64,000 nt of DNA, taken from the NCBI GenBank assembly GCA_963635625.1, contig CAVHGF010000001.1, positions 6,239 to 70,238 of the forward strand. Reading direction: 5' to 3'. Of this stretch, positions 11,020 to 19,927 are shown piece after piece (the stretch's first letter is position 1; every line of letters starts with the position of its first letter). The notes under the pieces were generated by a model, which ran no database searches, was not told the origin of the DNA, and saw nothing but the letters and a program-made list of their open reading frames with translations. The position numbers and the translations under genes are program-made. The stretch comes from Treponemataceae bacterium (GTDB lineage Bacteria; Bacteroidota; Bacteroidia; Bacteroidales; UBA932).

Positions 11020-11424
11020 TTAAGGGAGTTTTTTGAATTCCTCGTATACGGCGGCAGCGATCTGAGCCTTACGCTCGTCGCTTATCTGCGGACGCTGTTT
11101 TCTGAAATCAAGGTCACCCTCGCTCTGAAGAGGCACCAGATGAATGTGAGTATGAGGAACTTCCATTCCAAGTACGGCTACTCCCACCCTCTTGCAAGGG
11201 ATGACGGCCTTGAGTGCGACCGCAACCTTCCTTGCAAACTTCCAAAGTCCTTCGTATGTCTTTTCATCCAGAGAAAAGATGTAATCATCCTCGGTCTTCT
11301 TCGGAATAACCAAAGTATGTCCCTCCGCCAATGGAGAAATGTCCAGAAAGGCGTAGTAATCTTCACTTTCCGCCACTTTATAAGAAGGTATCTCCCCTGC
11401 GGCTATTTTAGAAAAAATGGTCAT
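11020..11424 (-). CDS. HIT family hydrolase
   Basis: TIFSKIAAGEIP, FLDISP, GHTLVIPK and the HTHIHLVP histidine triad. Confidence 0.93.
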   Translation of the reverse strand: MTIFSKIAAGEIPSYKVAESEDYYAFLDISPLAEGHTLVIPKKTEDDYIFSLDEKTYEGLWKFARKVAVALKAVIPCKRVGVAVLGMEVPHTHIHLVPLQSEGDLDFRKQRPQISDERKAQIAAAVYEEFKKLP

Positions 11425-11429
11425 ATATC

Positions 11430-11900
11430 TTAAATGGTGATTTCAAGAATTTTGAATTTGATTACTCCGGCAGGAACTTTCGCCTCCACAACATCCCCCA
11501 CGCCGTGACCGATAAGAGCCTTGGCAATAGGCGTCGTAGCCGCCAATTTCCCCTTTGAGAAATCGGCCTCGGATTCTCCCACTATAGTAAATGTCATCTT
11601 CTGGTGAGCATTCAGATTCTCCACCTGCACGGTGTTGAGCATCTGAACCTTATCCGTAGAAAGCATAGATGCGTCGACCACCTTGGCTCCGGCGACCATA
11701 TTCTTGAGATTAGCTATCTTTATTTCCAATAAGCTCTGTGCCTCACGTGCAGACTCGTATTCCGCGTTCTCCGACAAGTCTCCCTTCTCTCTGGCCTCCG
11801 CTATGGCCGCCGATATTACGGGACGCTGCTCCAAAGCCTCTTTCAACTCTTTCTTAATACTCTCGAGCCCTTCCTGGCTCATGTAATGTACTTCTGCCAT
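11430..11900 (-). CDS. greA: Transcription elongation factor GreA
   Basis: AREKGDLSENAEY and TPIAKALIG motifs. Confidence 0.96.
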   Translation of the reverse strand: MAEVHYMSQEGLESIKKELKEALEQRPVISAAIAEAREKGDLSENAEYESAREAQSLLEIKIANLKNMVAGAKVVDASMLSTDKVQMLNTVQVENLNAHQKMTFTIVGESEADFSKGKLAATTPIAKALIGHGVGDVVEAKVPAGVIKFKILEITI

Positions 11901-11922
11901 ATTATAATAACAATTAAAGGAA

Positions 11923-12054
11923 CTATTCCAGTCCCTCTTTAAACTTAGGTTTCATAATTTCCGAATAAAGAACCAACTTCTTCCTGTCTTTCTTTATCTC
12001 GGCTTTCAGATTCTTTTTGTCAGGTTCCTTCCCGACGTCTTTCTTTGTGGTCAT
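11923..12054 (-). CDS. Putative 43-aa Lys-rich small protein (below the ORF-track cutoff)
   Basis: ATG at 12054 to TAG at 11923: MTTKKDVGKEPDKKNLKAEIKKDRKKLVLYSEIMKPKFKEGLE. It is preceded 6 nt upstream by a -7-like box (TATCTTCG) and fills the ribF-greA gap. Confidence 0.55.
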   Translation of the reverse strand: MTTKKDVGKEPDKKNLKAEIKKDRKKLVLYSEIMKPKFKEGLE

Positions 12055-12916
12055 ACTTTGCGAAGATAAGGTTTTTCGCCGACATTTCGTCTTTTTTAAG
12101 CTGATTTTTCAACTGTTCAAAAGAAGAAAACCTGATTTCATCCCTTATCTTGCACTTGAAGGTGACATCTATATCCAAACCATAAATATCTCTGTCAAAA
12201 TCAAATATATGTGTTTCCACCAAAGTGGAGGCGTCCACGTTAGTCATTCCCATATACCTATCCCCCTGCACGGTCACCTCACTTAGATATACGCCCGCTC
12301 CGGGGATGCATTTCAAAGGCTCGCGAAGTCGAAGATTGGCAGTGGGAAAGCCTATCGTCCGCCCCATACGCTTGCCTCCGACGACTACACCGCACAAAGA
12401 ATAATCACGTCCCAGCATCTTCGATGCCAATTCAACCTCGCCGCCGGCGAGACATTTTCTTATCTGCGATGAAGACACCCTCAGCCCTTCTACATCGATA
12501 GGCGGGACTATAACCGCCTCAATTCCGAGAGACACCGCGTCAAGCGCGATTTCTCCGGTTGTTTTCCCGTCCGAACCGAACCTGTTGTCATATCCCAGAA
12601 CTATGCCGCTCACGGCGAACTTGTCCTGAAGCATACTCAGGTAAGACCGCGCATCCAGAGAAGCGAAATCGGCAGTGAAAGGAAGAACTTGAACGTCATC
12701 TATTCCGGCGGCCTTCAAAAGTGCGGTCTTTTCTTCAAGCGAAGTAAGGAGTCTGAGATCCCTCGCTCCATCCTGAAGGAAAACCCTCGGATGAGGCCAC
12801 AGCGTAATAACAAGACTTTGCCCGTCACCCTTTCGGGAATATTCGAGCAAAGTTCTGATTACCTGTTGATGTCCCAGATGGAAGCCATCAAAAAAACCGG
12901 TGGCGGCTACAACCAT
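12020..12916 (-). CDS. ribF: Bifunctional riboflavin kinase/FAD synthetase
   Basis: GFFDGFHLGH, GYDNRFG, VSSSQIR, GRTIGFPTAN and ETHIFDF motifs. Confidence 0.93.
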   Translation of the reverse strand: MVVAATGFFDGFHLGHQQVIRTLLEYSRKGDGQSLVITLWPHPRVFLQDGARDLRLLTSLEEKTALLKAAGIDDVQVLPFTADFASLDARSYLSMLQDKFAVSGIVLGYDNRFGSDGKTTGEIALDAVSLGIEAVIVPPIDVEGLRVSSSQIRKCLAGGEVELASKMLGRDYSLCGVVVGGKRMGRTIGFPTANLRLREPLKCIPGAGVYLSEVTVQGDRYMGMTNVDASTLVETHIFDFDRDIYGLDIDVTFKCKIRDEIRFSSFEQLKNQLKKDEMSAKNLIFAKYDHKERRREGT

Positions 12917-15462
12917 TTCACGATAGGAAAATCCTGCCTATGAGGGAGTTCAGCATTCTTTGGATAGATACGCGTACCTACCTCATACATACCTGTTCTT
13001 TCCGGAAGGACAGACGTGCGGAATGTGGCGATACCGTTCTCATAAGACACCAGATCATAGTTGAAGACTTCCTGAATATGAAGCGTTCCGCTGTTGTCTC
13101 TTGAAGTGAACAGCACCTCCACACCTATATCCTCAGCCTTCATACGGCCGAGGTCTATGACAACCTCGCAAACCAGTTTGTTCTTATCTGAAAGCACATA
13201 AGATGCGCTTGGCTGGGTATATGAGATGATGCGCATATTGCTCCATTCCTGAGCCACATAAGCCTTCCAAGAAGATATCTCACGGGCCAATTTGGCGTTA
13301 TCTGCCACCAGACGACCGTATCTCTCGCACTGCGGAATATAATACTGGTTACAGTAGTCCGTAAGCATACGGTTTGTCGTGAAGTTGGAAGCCACCATAG
13401 CCACGGTGTTCTTGATGTAACCTATCCACTTGCTGCTGCGTCCTGTAGAATCAATGTCATAATAGTCAGGTGCGATCTCGTTCTCAAGGATAGAATAGAT
13501 GGTTGCGGCATCCAGTTCGTTCTGGTACTCCTGATCTTCATAAGTACGTTCCATAGGGAGGGCCCAACCGGCATTCTTGGTATAGCCTTCAACCCACCAT
13601 CCGTCAAGTACGGAGAAGTGCATTACACCATTCATCGAAGCCTTTTCTCCCGATGTACCGGAAGCCTCCTGAGGACGTGTCGGATTGTTCATCCACACAT
13701 CCACGCCTTGAACGAGACGCTTGGCGAGCGTGATGTCATATCCCGGAACGAAGACGATTCTGCCTATGAAACGCGGATCCTTGCTTATCTCCACTATCTG
13801 CTTGATGAGATCCTGTCCTGCCTGGTCTGCAGGGTGTGCCTTTCCGGCGAAAAGGAACTGTACGGGGCGACGTGGATTATTCACTATCTCATCCAGTTTG
13901 TCAAGGTCACGGAAGAGAAGCGTCGCTCTCTTATAAGTAGCGAAACGACGTGCGAATCCTATGGTGAGGACATCGTCGCGAAGATTCTCCTTAATGGTAA
14001 CCACCTGTCCCGGAGTGTAATGCGAAGACAGGCAAGGGTCTGAAAGGCGGTCCTTCACCGTCTTGATGAGATCAGCCTTGAGCGCCTTGCGAGTTTCCCA
14101 GACCTGCTCGTCGCTTACATTATATATGCCTTCGAAGCAATGCTTGTCATAATGCGAAGTCTTGAACTCCTCTCCGAAAACTCCGGCGTGAATAGCCTTC
14201 CATTCCTTGGAAGCCCAGGTCGGATAATGGACACCGTTGGTCACGTAACTGATAAACAGTTCTTCAGGAAGATATCCCGGATACATACTTGAGAAAAGTT
14301 CCTGGCTCACCTTGCCGTGAAGTTTTGACACGCCGTTGACATTCTGACTGAAATTGGCGGCAAGCACGCTCACCGAGAACTTCTCATCACGGTCATCGGC
14401 GTTAAGTTTTCCGAATTCCATAAATCCGCGCCAATCCAGACCGTACCTCTGCGGATAACTGCCGAAATATCTGCCCATCTCCTCTTCAGAGAATGCATCG
14501 TGTCCGGCAGGAACAGGCGTATGAGTCGTGAAAAGTGCAGATGAGCGGACAAGTTCCAAAGACTCGCTCAAAGAATAATGCTTCTCCTGCATATACTCGC
14601 GAAGTCTCTCAAGACCCGCGAAAGCGGCGTGTCCCTCATTATAATGATACATTGTAGGGTTAAGACCCAATGCACGCAGAGCCCTGACACCGCCTATGCC
14701 AAGCAGAATCTCCTGTTTGAGTCTGTTCTCGTGATCTCCGCCATAAAGCTGATGGGTGATGGTCCTGTCTTCCGCAGAATTGGCTTCATAATCAGTATCA
14801 AGAAGATACAGATCGGTCCTTCCGACTGCCACACGCCAGATTCTGGCGTGCAGTACTCTTCCCGGAAGATTCATACTGACGCTTTTCCAGACGCCGTCCT
14901 CTCCGATTACCGGTTCAACCGGGATCTTGAGGAAATCCTGAGCGATGTAATCAGCCACCTGATTGCCCTGAGGAGTCAGACGCTGGGTAAAATAACCATA
15001 TCTGTAAAGCAAGCCTACGGCCACGAGATTCACGTTCATATCCGAAGTCTCCTTCAGATAATCTCCCGCCAATATTCCCAATCCTCCCGAATAAATCTTC
15101 AAAGACGTATCAAGACCATATTCCATACAGAAATATGCTATCGAAGGCTCGACCCTTTCAGCTTTTTTTGACATATAGAGATTGAACTCGTCTATGACAG
15201 CATTCATTCTGGCCAGGAATTCCTGATTCTTTGCCAACTCGTTATATCTCTTCAAGCTGACCTTGTCAAGTATTTCCATAGGGTTATGGCCTGACTTGTG
15301 CCATAAATCGGCGTCGATGCTCTTGAAAAGAGCCTTTGCATCATCATTCCAACACCACCAGAGATTTCTGCATAAAGTTTCGAGTCCGGACAATTTTTCC
15401 GGCAAATGTCTAGTCACCATCACATTCTTCCAGGATGGTGAAAAACTTGCGTTTATGTTCAT
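12907..15462 (-). CDS. glgP: Alpha-glucan (glycogen) phosphorylase, GT35
   Basis: YSGGLGILAGD, NEGH, FARRFATYKRA and the PLP motif EASGTSGEK. Confidence 0.95.
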   Translation of the reverse strand: MNINASFSPSWKNVMVTRHLPEKLSGLETLCRNLWWCWNDDAKALFKSIDADLWHKSGHNPMEILDKVSLKRYNELAKNQEFLARMNAVIDEFNLYMSKKAERVEPSIAYFCMEYGLDTSLKIYSGGLGILAGDYLKETSDMNVNLVAVGLLYRYGYFTQRLTPQGNQVADYIAQDFLKIPVEPVIGEDGVWKSVSMNLPGRVLHARIWRVAVGRTDLYLLDTDYEANSAEDRTITHQLYGGDHENRLKQEILLGIGGVRALRALGLNPTMYHYNEGHAAFAGLERLREYMQEKHYSLSESLELVRSSALFTTHTPVPAGHDAFSEEEMGRYFGSYPQRYGLDWRGFMEFGKLNADDRDEKFSVSVLAANFSQNVNGVSKLHGKVSQELFSSMYPGYLPEELFISYVTNGVHYPTWASKEWKAIHAGVFGEEFKTSHYDKHCFEGIYNVSDEQVWETRKALKADLIKTVKDRLSDPCLSSHYTPGQVVTIKENLRDDVLTIGFARRFATYKRATLLFRDLDKLDEIVNNPRRPVQFLFAGKAHPADQAGQDLIKQIVEISKDPRFIGRIVFVPGYDITLAKRLVQGVDVWMNNPTRPQEASGTSGEKASMNGVMHFSVLDGWWVEGYTKNAGWALPMERTYEDQEYQNELDAATIYSILENEIAPDYYDIDSTGRSSKWIGYIKNTVAMVASNFTTNRMLTDYCNQYYIPQCERYGRLVADNAKLAREISSWKAYVAQEWSNMRIISYTQPSASYVLSDKNKLVCEVVIDLGRMKAEDIGVEVLFTSRDNSGTLHIQEVFNYDLVSYENGIATFRTSVLPERTGMYEVGTRIYPKNAELPHRQDFPIVKWL

Positions 15463-15491
15463 AAACCTTTTTTAATAAGAATAAAAATACA

Positions 15492-16691
15492 CTATTGACG
15501 TTTCAGTGCCAAAGCGTCGTTTACACGGATCATAAAATCACTGAGCACGTTCATATAATTTATGAATGCCTCGTATGGTGAATTATATGGGGTGAAATAT
15601 TTGTGCATATCCCCACCGGTGAAAAACTTTGTGCACATATAATAAAAATGATCGCTTTCCTGAAGATGTCCGTAATCAGCCCAGAGCTGAGGGTCATCCA
15701 GCAGAGAGAGTTTTTCCTGCAGGCTGTAAACCTTCGAGAACGCTTCATTCTGAAGTTCGTTTCCGAGCCAAGCCGAAAGATCCCTTTCTTCATCCGCCCA
15801 AGAAATAGGAGAAGGAACAGAAAGAGCCGATACAGGCTTATACGAAGCGCTTACTTCCGATGGTGTCTGGAATTTGAAAGATTTATCTTTCAGGCAGATA
15901 CCTGGCAGGCTCTCCATAAAGTCGAAGATTCCCGTCGATGCGTCCGTATGTTCGCCGAATGTTTCGTAATCCATAAAAAGTCCGACATAATCGCCCTCGG
16001 AATTATCTATCCACGATTTGAATTTCTCCGCAGTCAGAGGCCATTCATTCCAATTTTTGTCGCCGAAACGGAATGCCAGGTCATCGCTGAGAGAATAATT
16101 GCGCAGGAGAACATTCTGCTGCTCGACTATATCGTTACTGTATATGTAATTAGGGCATCTCCAACCAAGGATATGCTTTGCGCCTTCCGTCAGGATAGTC
16201 TTGAAGCCCATCTCATAGACTTGCTTTCCTATCTGGTCGGAATAAACGAGCTCCGTATTACGGAAGACCTTAGGTTCCACTCCCAGATACTGCTTGAGTG
16301 CTTCCTTGTGTTTGTTGACCTGAAAAGCGAACTCCGCAGGTGAAGTCAAAGAAGCCAGAGAGTGGTAATATGTCTCGCACAGGAACTCGACACAGCCGGT
16401 CTCTGCCAATTTCTTGAAACTGTCAAGCACCTCGGGAGCATATCTGTCAAACTGCTCGAGAGCGGAGCCTGAAATGGAGAACGCCACCTTGAATTGGCCT
16501 TTAGATGCCTTTATAGCCTTCAACAGGACCTTATTCATAGGAATATAGCACTTCTGCGCCACCCTGCGAAGAATAGTCCTATTGGCAAAGTCATCATAAT
16601 AATGAGAATCCTTGCCTATATCAAAAAACCTATATAACCTTAGTCTTGTAGGCTGATGTACTTGGAAATACAAACAGATAGATTTTGCCAT
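15492..16691 (-). CDS. Glycoside hydrolase family 57 (alpha-amylase-like)
   Basis: YFQVHQP, ETYYHSL, FRNTEL, FMDYETFGEH and SWAD motifs. Confidence 0.92.
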   Translation of the reverse strand: MAKSICLYFQVHQPTRLRLYRFFDIGKDSHYYDDFANRTILRRVAQKCYIPMNKVLLKAIKASKGQFKVAFSISGSALEQFDRYAPEVLDSFKKLAETGCVEFLCETYYHSLASLTSPAEFAFQVNKHKEALKQYLGVEPKVFRNTELVYSDQIGKQVYEMGFKTILTEGAKHILGWRCPNYIYSNDIVEQQNVLLRNYSLSDDLAFRFGDKNWNEWPLTAEKFKSWIDNSEGDYVGLFMDYETFGEHTDASTGIFDFMESLPGICLKDKSFKFQTPSEVSASYKPVSALSVPSPISWADEERDLSAWLGNELQNEAFSKVYSLQEKLSLLDDPQLWADYGHLQESDHFYYMCTKFFTGGDMHKYFTPYNSPYEAFINYMNVLSDFMIRVNDALALKRQ

Positions 16692-16698
16692 AGCTATA

Positions 16699-17988
16699 TT
16701 ATTTTATTATTTGTTCATAAATGTCTTTGAGTTTCGCTGCCGCGTGGTCCCATTTCAAAGTGTTCACCTCTTCGAAACCGTGCTTGACCGCAAATTCGGA
16801 AAGCGCAGGGTAATTGACAAGCGCATAGATGTCGTCCGCCATAGCGTCCACGTCCCAGAAGTCCACCTTGAAGGCATATTTGAGAACCTCCGCCGCACCG
16901 CTCTGATATGAAATTACGCTCGGCACATTGGAGCGCATAGCCTCCAGAGGAGATATCCCGAACGGCTCGCTTACAGACGGCATCACGTATACGTCGCTGA
17001 GTGCAAACATCTTCTGCACGTCAGTCCCGCGCAGGAATCCCGTAAAGTGGAATTTGTCCGCAATGCCCAGCTTTGCCACCTGCTTGATGGCCCTGGTCAT
17101 CATATCTCCGCTTCCGGCCATCACGAAGCGTACGTTTTTCGTTCTCTTCAAGACCTTGGCCGCCGCATCGATGAAGTACTCGGGGCCCTTCTGATATGTG
17201 ATTCTTCCCAGGAAAGTCACGACTTTATCCTTGACACCCCTTTCCACCATAAGGTCCTCCCTTCCGCTGAAATCCACGGCATTATGTACGGCCACCACCT
17301 TGGCCGGATCGATACCGTACTTGTTGATGACGATGTTTCTCGTAAGTTCCGAAACCGCCACCACCTTGTCCGCATGCTCCATTCCGCGTTTTTCTATGGC
17401 ATAGACACGGCTGTCCACCATATCGTCCGAACCACGGTCAAAGGATGTGGCGTGCACGTGTACGACGAGCGGTTTTCCGGTAAGTTCCTTCGCCGCGATT
17501 CCTGCAAGATAAGTGAGCCAGTCGTGCGCGTGGATTACGTCGAACTTGTCCGCGTTCTCCATCGCTATGGTGCCGCCCACCTGAGCATACCGTGTAACCT
17601 CTTCAAGAAGGTTGGCGCCATATTTGCCCGAGAATTTGAATTTCTGCCCGAATCCTATTGCAGACTCACTCACGTGATTCTTTTTCATCTGCTCTATGGC
17701 TTCGAAATACTCATCCGGATTCACATAAGGAACCATATTCGAGTCCACGTGAATGAATTTCACCTTATCTATGAATTCGTCCACGCTTCGGCTAATATTC
17801 TGAACTGCAACATCACTGGCATTAATAATGTGCGTGCAACTCTGATCTTCATCCCCGCTTGCGGACGGCATCACGAAAAGGGTCTCGACTCCATTATGCG
17901 CCAAGCCCTCCACTATGCCCTTGCAGGCAGTTCCGAGACCGCCTGCGATATGGGGAGGAAATTCCCAACCGAACATCAATACTCTCAT
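16699..17988 (-). CDS. GT4-type glycosyltransferase, probable glycogen synthase
   Basis: WEFPPHIAGGLG, HAHDWLT and SEPFGISPLEA; sits inside the glycogen operon. Confidence 0.88.
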   Translation of the reverse strand: MRVLMFGWEFPPHIAGGLGTACKGIVEGLAHNGVETLFVMPSASGDEDQSCTHIINASDVAVQNISRSVDEFIDKVKFIHVDSNMVPYVNPDEYFEAIEQMKKNHVSESAIGFGQKFKFSGKYGANLLEEVTRYAQVGGTIAMENADKFDVIHAHDWLTYLAGIAAKELTGKPLVVHVHATSFDRGSDDMVDSRVYAIEKRGMEHADKVVAVSELTRNIVINKYGIDPAKVVAVHNAVDFSGREDLMVERGVKDKVVTFLGRITYQKGPEYFIDAAAKVLKRTKNVRFVMAGSGDMMTRAIKQVAKLGIADKFHFTGFLRGTDVQKMFALSDVYVMPSVSEPFGISPLEAMRSNVPSVISYQSGAAEVLKYAFKVDFWDVDAMADDIYALVNYPALSEFAVKHGFEEVNTLKWDHAAAKLKDIYEQIIK

Positions 17989-17991
17989 ATA

Positions 17992-19923
17992 CTACTCGTC
18001 TTTATATTTGGACAACAATTCGTCTACTCTAAGCAGGGAAGAAGTACACAGCGCCGAAGATATCGCTCCGTGCGGTTCGAAAGGAGGGTCTCCGTCATAA
18101 AGTTCCGAAAATGCACCCACGCCGTGCTTGTTCAGATCCTCATAGAAGCCTTCGACAAGCCATTGCGCCCTCTTCAGGAATGACGGGCCCTTGATCCTCA
18201 ACGAGGTCTCTATATAGATCGCCAACAGCCACGGTCTTGTACTTCCCTGATGGTAAGCCAGATCCCTCTCATACTGCGATCCTTCATATACTCCCTTGTA
18301 CTTGACGTCACGTGGCGAAAGCGTACGCAATCCACGCGCCGTCACAAGTTCCCTGTCTATCACCCTGAGCACATTAGGATGAAGTTCATCCTCCAGCGGA
18401 GAGTACTTCAGGCCAATCGCGCAAAGCTGATTAGGGCGGACATCCATATTCTGTCCGTTATTGTCAACATAATCAGCCAGATATCCGGCTTCTTCGTTAT
18501 AGAATACCTTTACGAAATTCTCTTTCACGAGATCAGCTATGACCGTCCACTTCTGTACGAATTTTCTGTCCGCACCACGGCCCTTTTCCATCTCCAGGGC
18601 AAATTTTATGGCATTATACCAAAGGGCGTTGGTCTCCACCTGATACCCTGCACGCTCCGTTACCGGACGGCCTTGAATATATGCGTTCATCCACGACAGT
18701 GCCACCCCGTCCTTCTGCGCCCACAGCAGTCCGTTAGGATGCATAGCCACCTCTTCCCTTTCTCCCGGGAGATAACTCTCCAATACACGTTTGAGCATCT
18801 TGCCATATTTCTTCCAGACCTTGTCCGGATCGGCTCCGCCGCCTATATAACTCTGCAGCACACAGGCCAGATACAAAGGGGCCTCCACCTGCGTTGTGCG
18901 GCGGGTAAGACGAACCTGCTCATCAGCAATCAGATTGTCAAGTATCTCCTCGAATGCTTCGGGTCTTCCCGCAGAAAGAGTCAGTCCGGGAAGAGCCACG
19001 AGAGTTTCTCTCAACAGCCCCGCATAAAGCCACGAATAACCGGCTTCGATCTTCATCTTCCCGTTATGGTGCGTGATCAAAGTGTCAGCGCAATGCAGCA
19101 GCTGCTGATGGCAGTCCGTTATCTCACCGGCACGGGATGCCAATTTCTTGAATTCAGGAGCGAAAATCTTCGGGTCTTCCTCCGCTATGGATATTCCGAC
19201 TATGAAACTGCGCCCTTTGTGAAGTTTGACTTCGAAAACGCCCGGAGACAGCAGATCCTCCTTACAATCGAAGCCGCGGCGATATTCATCGGAATAGGTG
19301 ATGCCATAATACCAATATGGCTCCGCAGAATATTTGACCTTGGAATCGGAAAACTGCACGAACAGATCCGGATAAGATTCATAAAGTCTGAAACTCTGTC
19401 CGTTACGCACAGGCGTTCCGAGCGCGCAGGCTTGGTCATTGGCGTGTGTAAGAGAATGTATGTTCCTGAAAGCCAGAAGAGGGCGAAGCTTGACCAGTGC
19501 GTTGTCAGAGCCCTCGAGCAGTTCATATTTGATATAGAGCCTGTCGACTTCCGGACAAAGCAGAATGCTTTTCCTGATCACTATGTCACCTATCTTATAG
19601 GTGATTCTCGTTATGGGATCAGCCTCGAAATCCACCACATATTTATGTCCGCGCGGTTCATAAACATCTCCATAACAATGTATTCCCAGATTAAACTGCT
19701 TGCCTTCGACCAGAATCGACTCGTCAAGAGATGAAAGCATAAGGAATCTGTCTCCGCCGAAACGGTCAAGAGTAAGAGCGAACAAACCGTGATACCTTCT
19801 GGTATTGCAGGTCACAATGGAAGTGTTGCAATATGCTCCCGTCTTGTTGGCACAAAGTATCTCCCTCTTCAACGAATAAGAGAGATTCACCAATTCCGCC
19901 TTGTTGAATTTCAAAAAAGCCAT
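17992..19923 (-). CDS. Glycogen debranching enzyme family / amylo-alpha-1,6-glucosidase (GH133-like)
   Basis: NTRRYHGL N-domain, VETNALWYNA, RPNQ, GLRTLSP, AYHQG and SELYDG. Confidence 0.88.
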   Translation of the reverse strand: MAFLKFNKAELVNLSYSLKREILCANKTGAYCNTSIVTCNTRRYHGLFALTLDRFGGDRFLMLSSLDESILVEGKQFNLGIHCYGDVYEPRGHKYVVDFEADPITRITYKIGDIVIRKSILLCPEVDRLYIKYELLEGSDNALVKLRPLLAFRNIHSLTHANDQACALGTPVRNGQSFRLYESYPDLFVQFSDSKVKYSAEPYWYYGITYSDEYRRGFDCKEDLLSPGVFEVKLHKGRSFIVGISIAEEDPKIFAPEFKKLASRAGEITDCHQQLLHCADTLITHHNGKMKIEAGYSWLYAGLLRETLVALPGLTLSAGRPEAFEEILDNLIADEQVRLTRRTTQVEAPLYLACVLQSYIGGGADPDKVWKKYGKMLKRVLESYLPGEREEVAMHPNGLLWAQKDGVALSWMNAYIQGRPVTERAGYQVETNALWYNAIKFALEMEKGRGADRKFVQKWTVIADLVKENFVKVFYNEEAGYLADYVDNNGQNMDVRPNQLCAIGLKYSPLEDELHPNVLRVIDRELVTARGLRTLSPRDVKYKGVYEGSQYERDLAYHQGSTRPWLLAIYIETSLRIKGPSFLKRAQWLVEGFYEDLNKHGVGAFSELYDGDPPFEPHGAISSALCTSSLLRVDELLSKYKDE

Positions 19924-19927
19924 ATTA

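Noticed and set aside
18250..19734. 494-aa plus-strand ORF, and similar long antisense ORFs at 7517-8710, 17047-18183, 20231-21349, 28020-29441, 33768-34925, 57145-58083 and 62522-63439
   Set aside because: Each lies antisense to a clear conserved gene and shows no recognisable motifs; they are shadow ORFs produced by codon bias.
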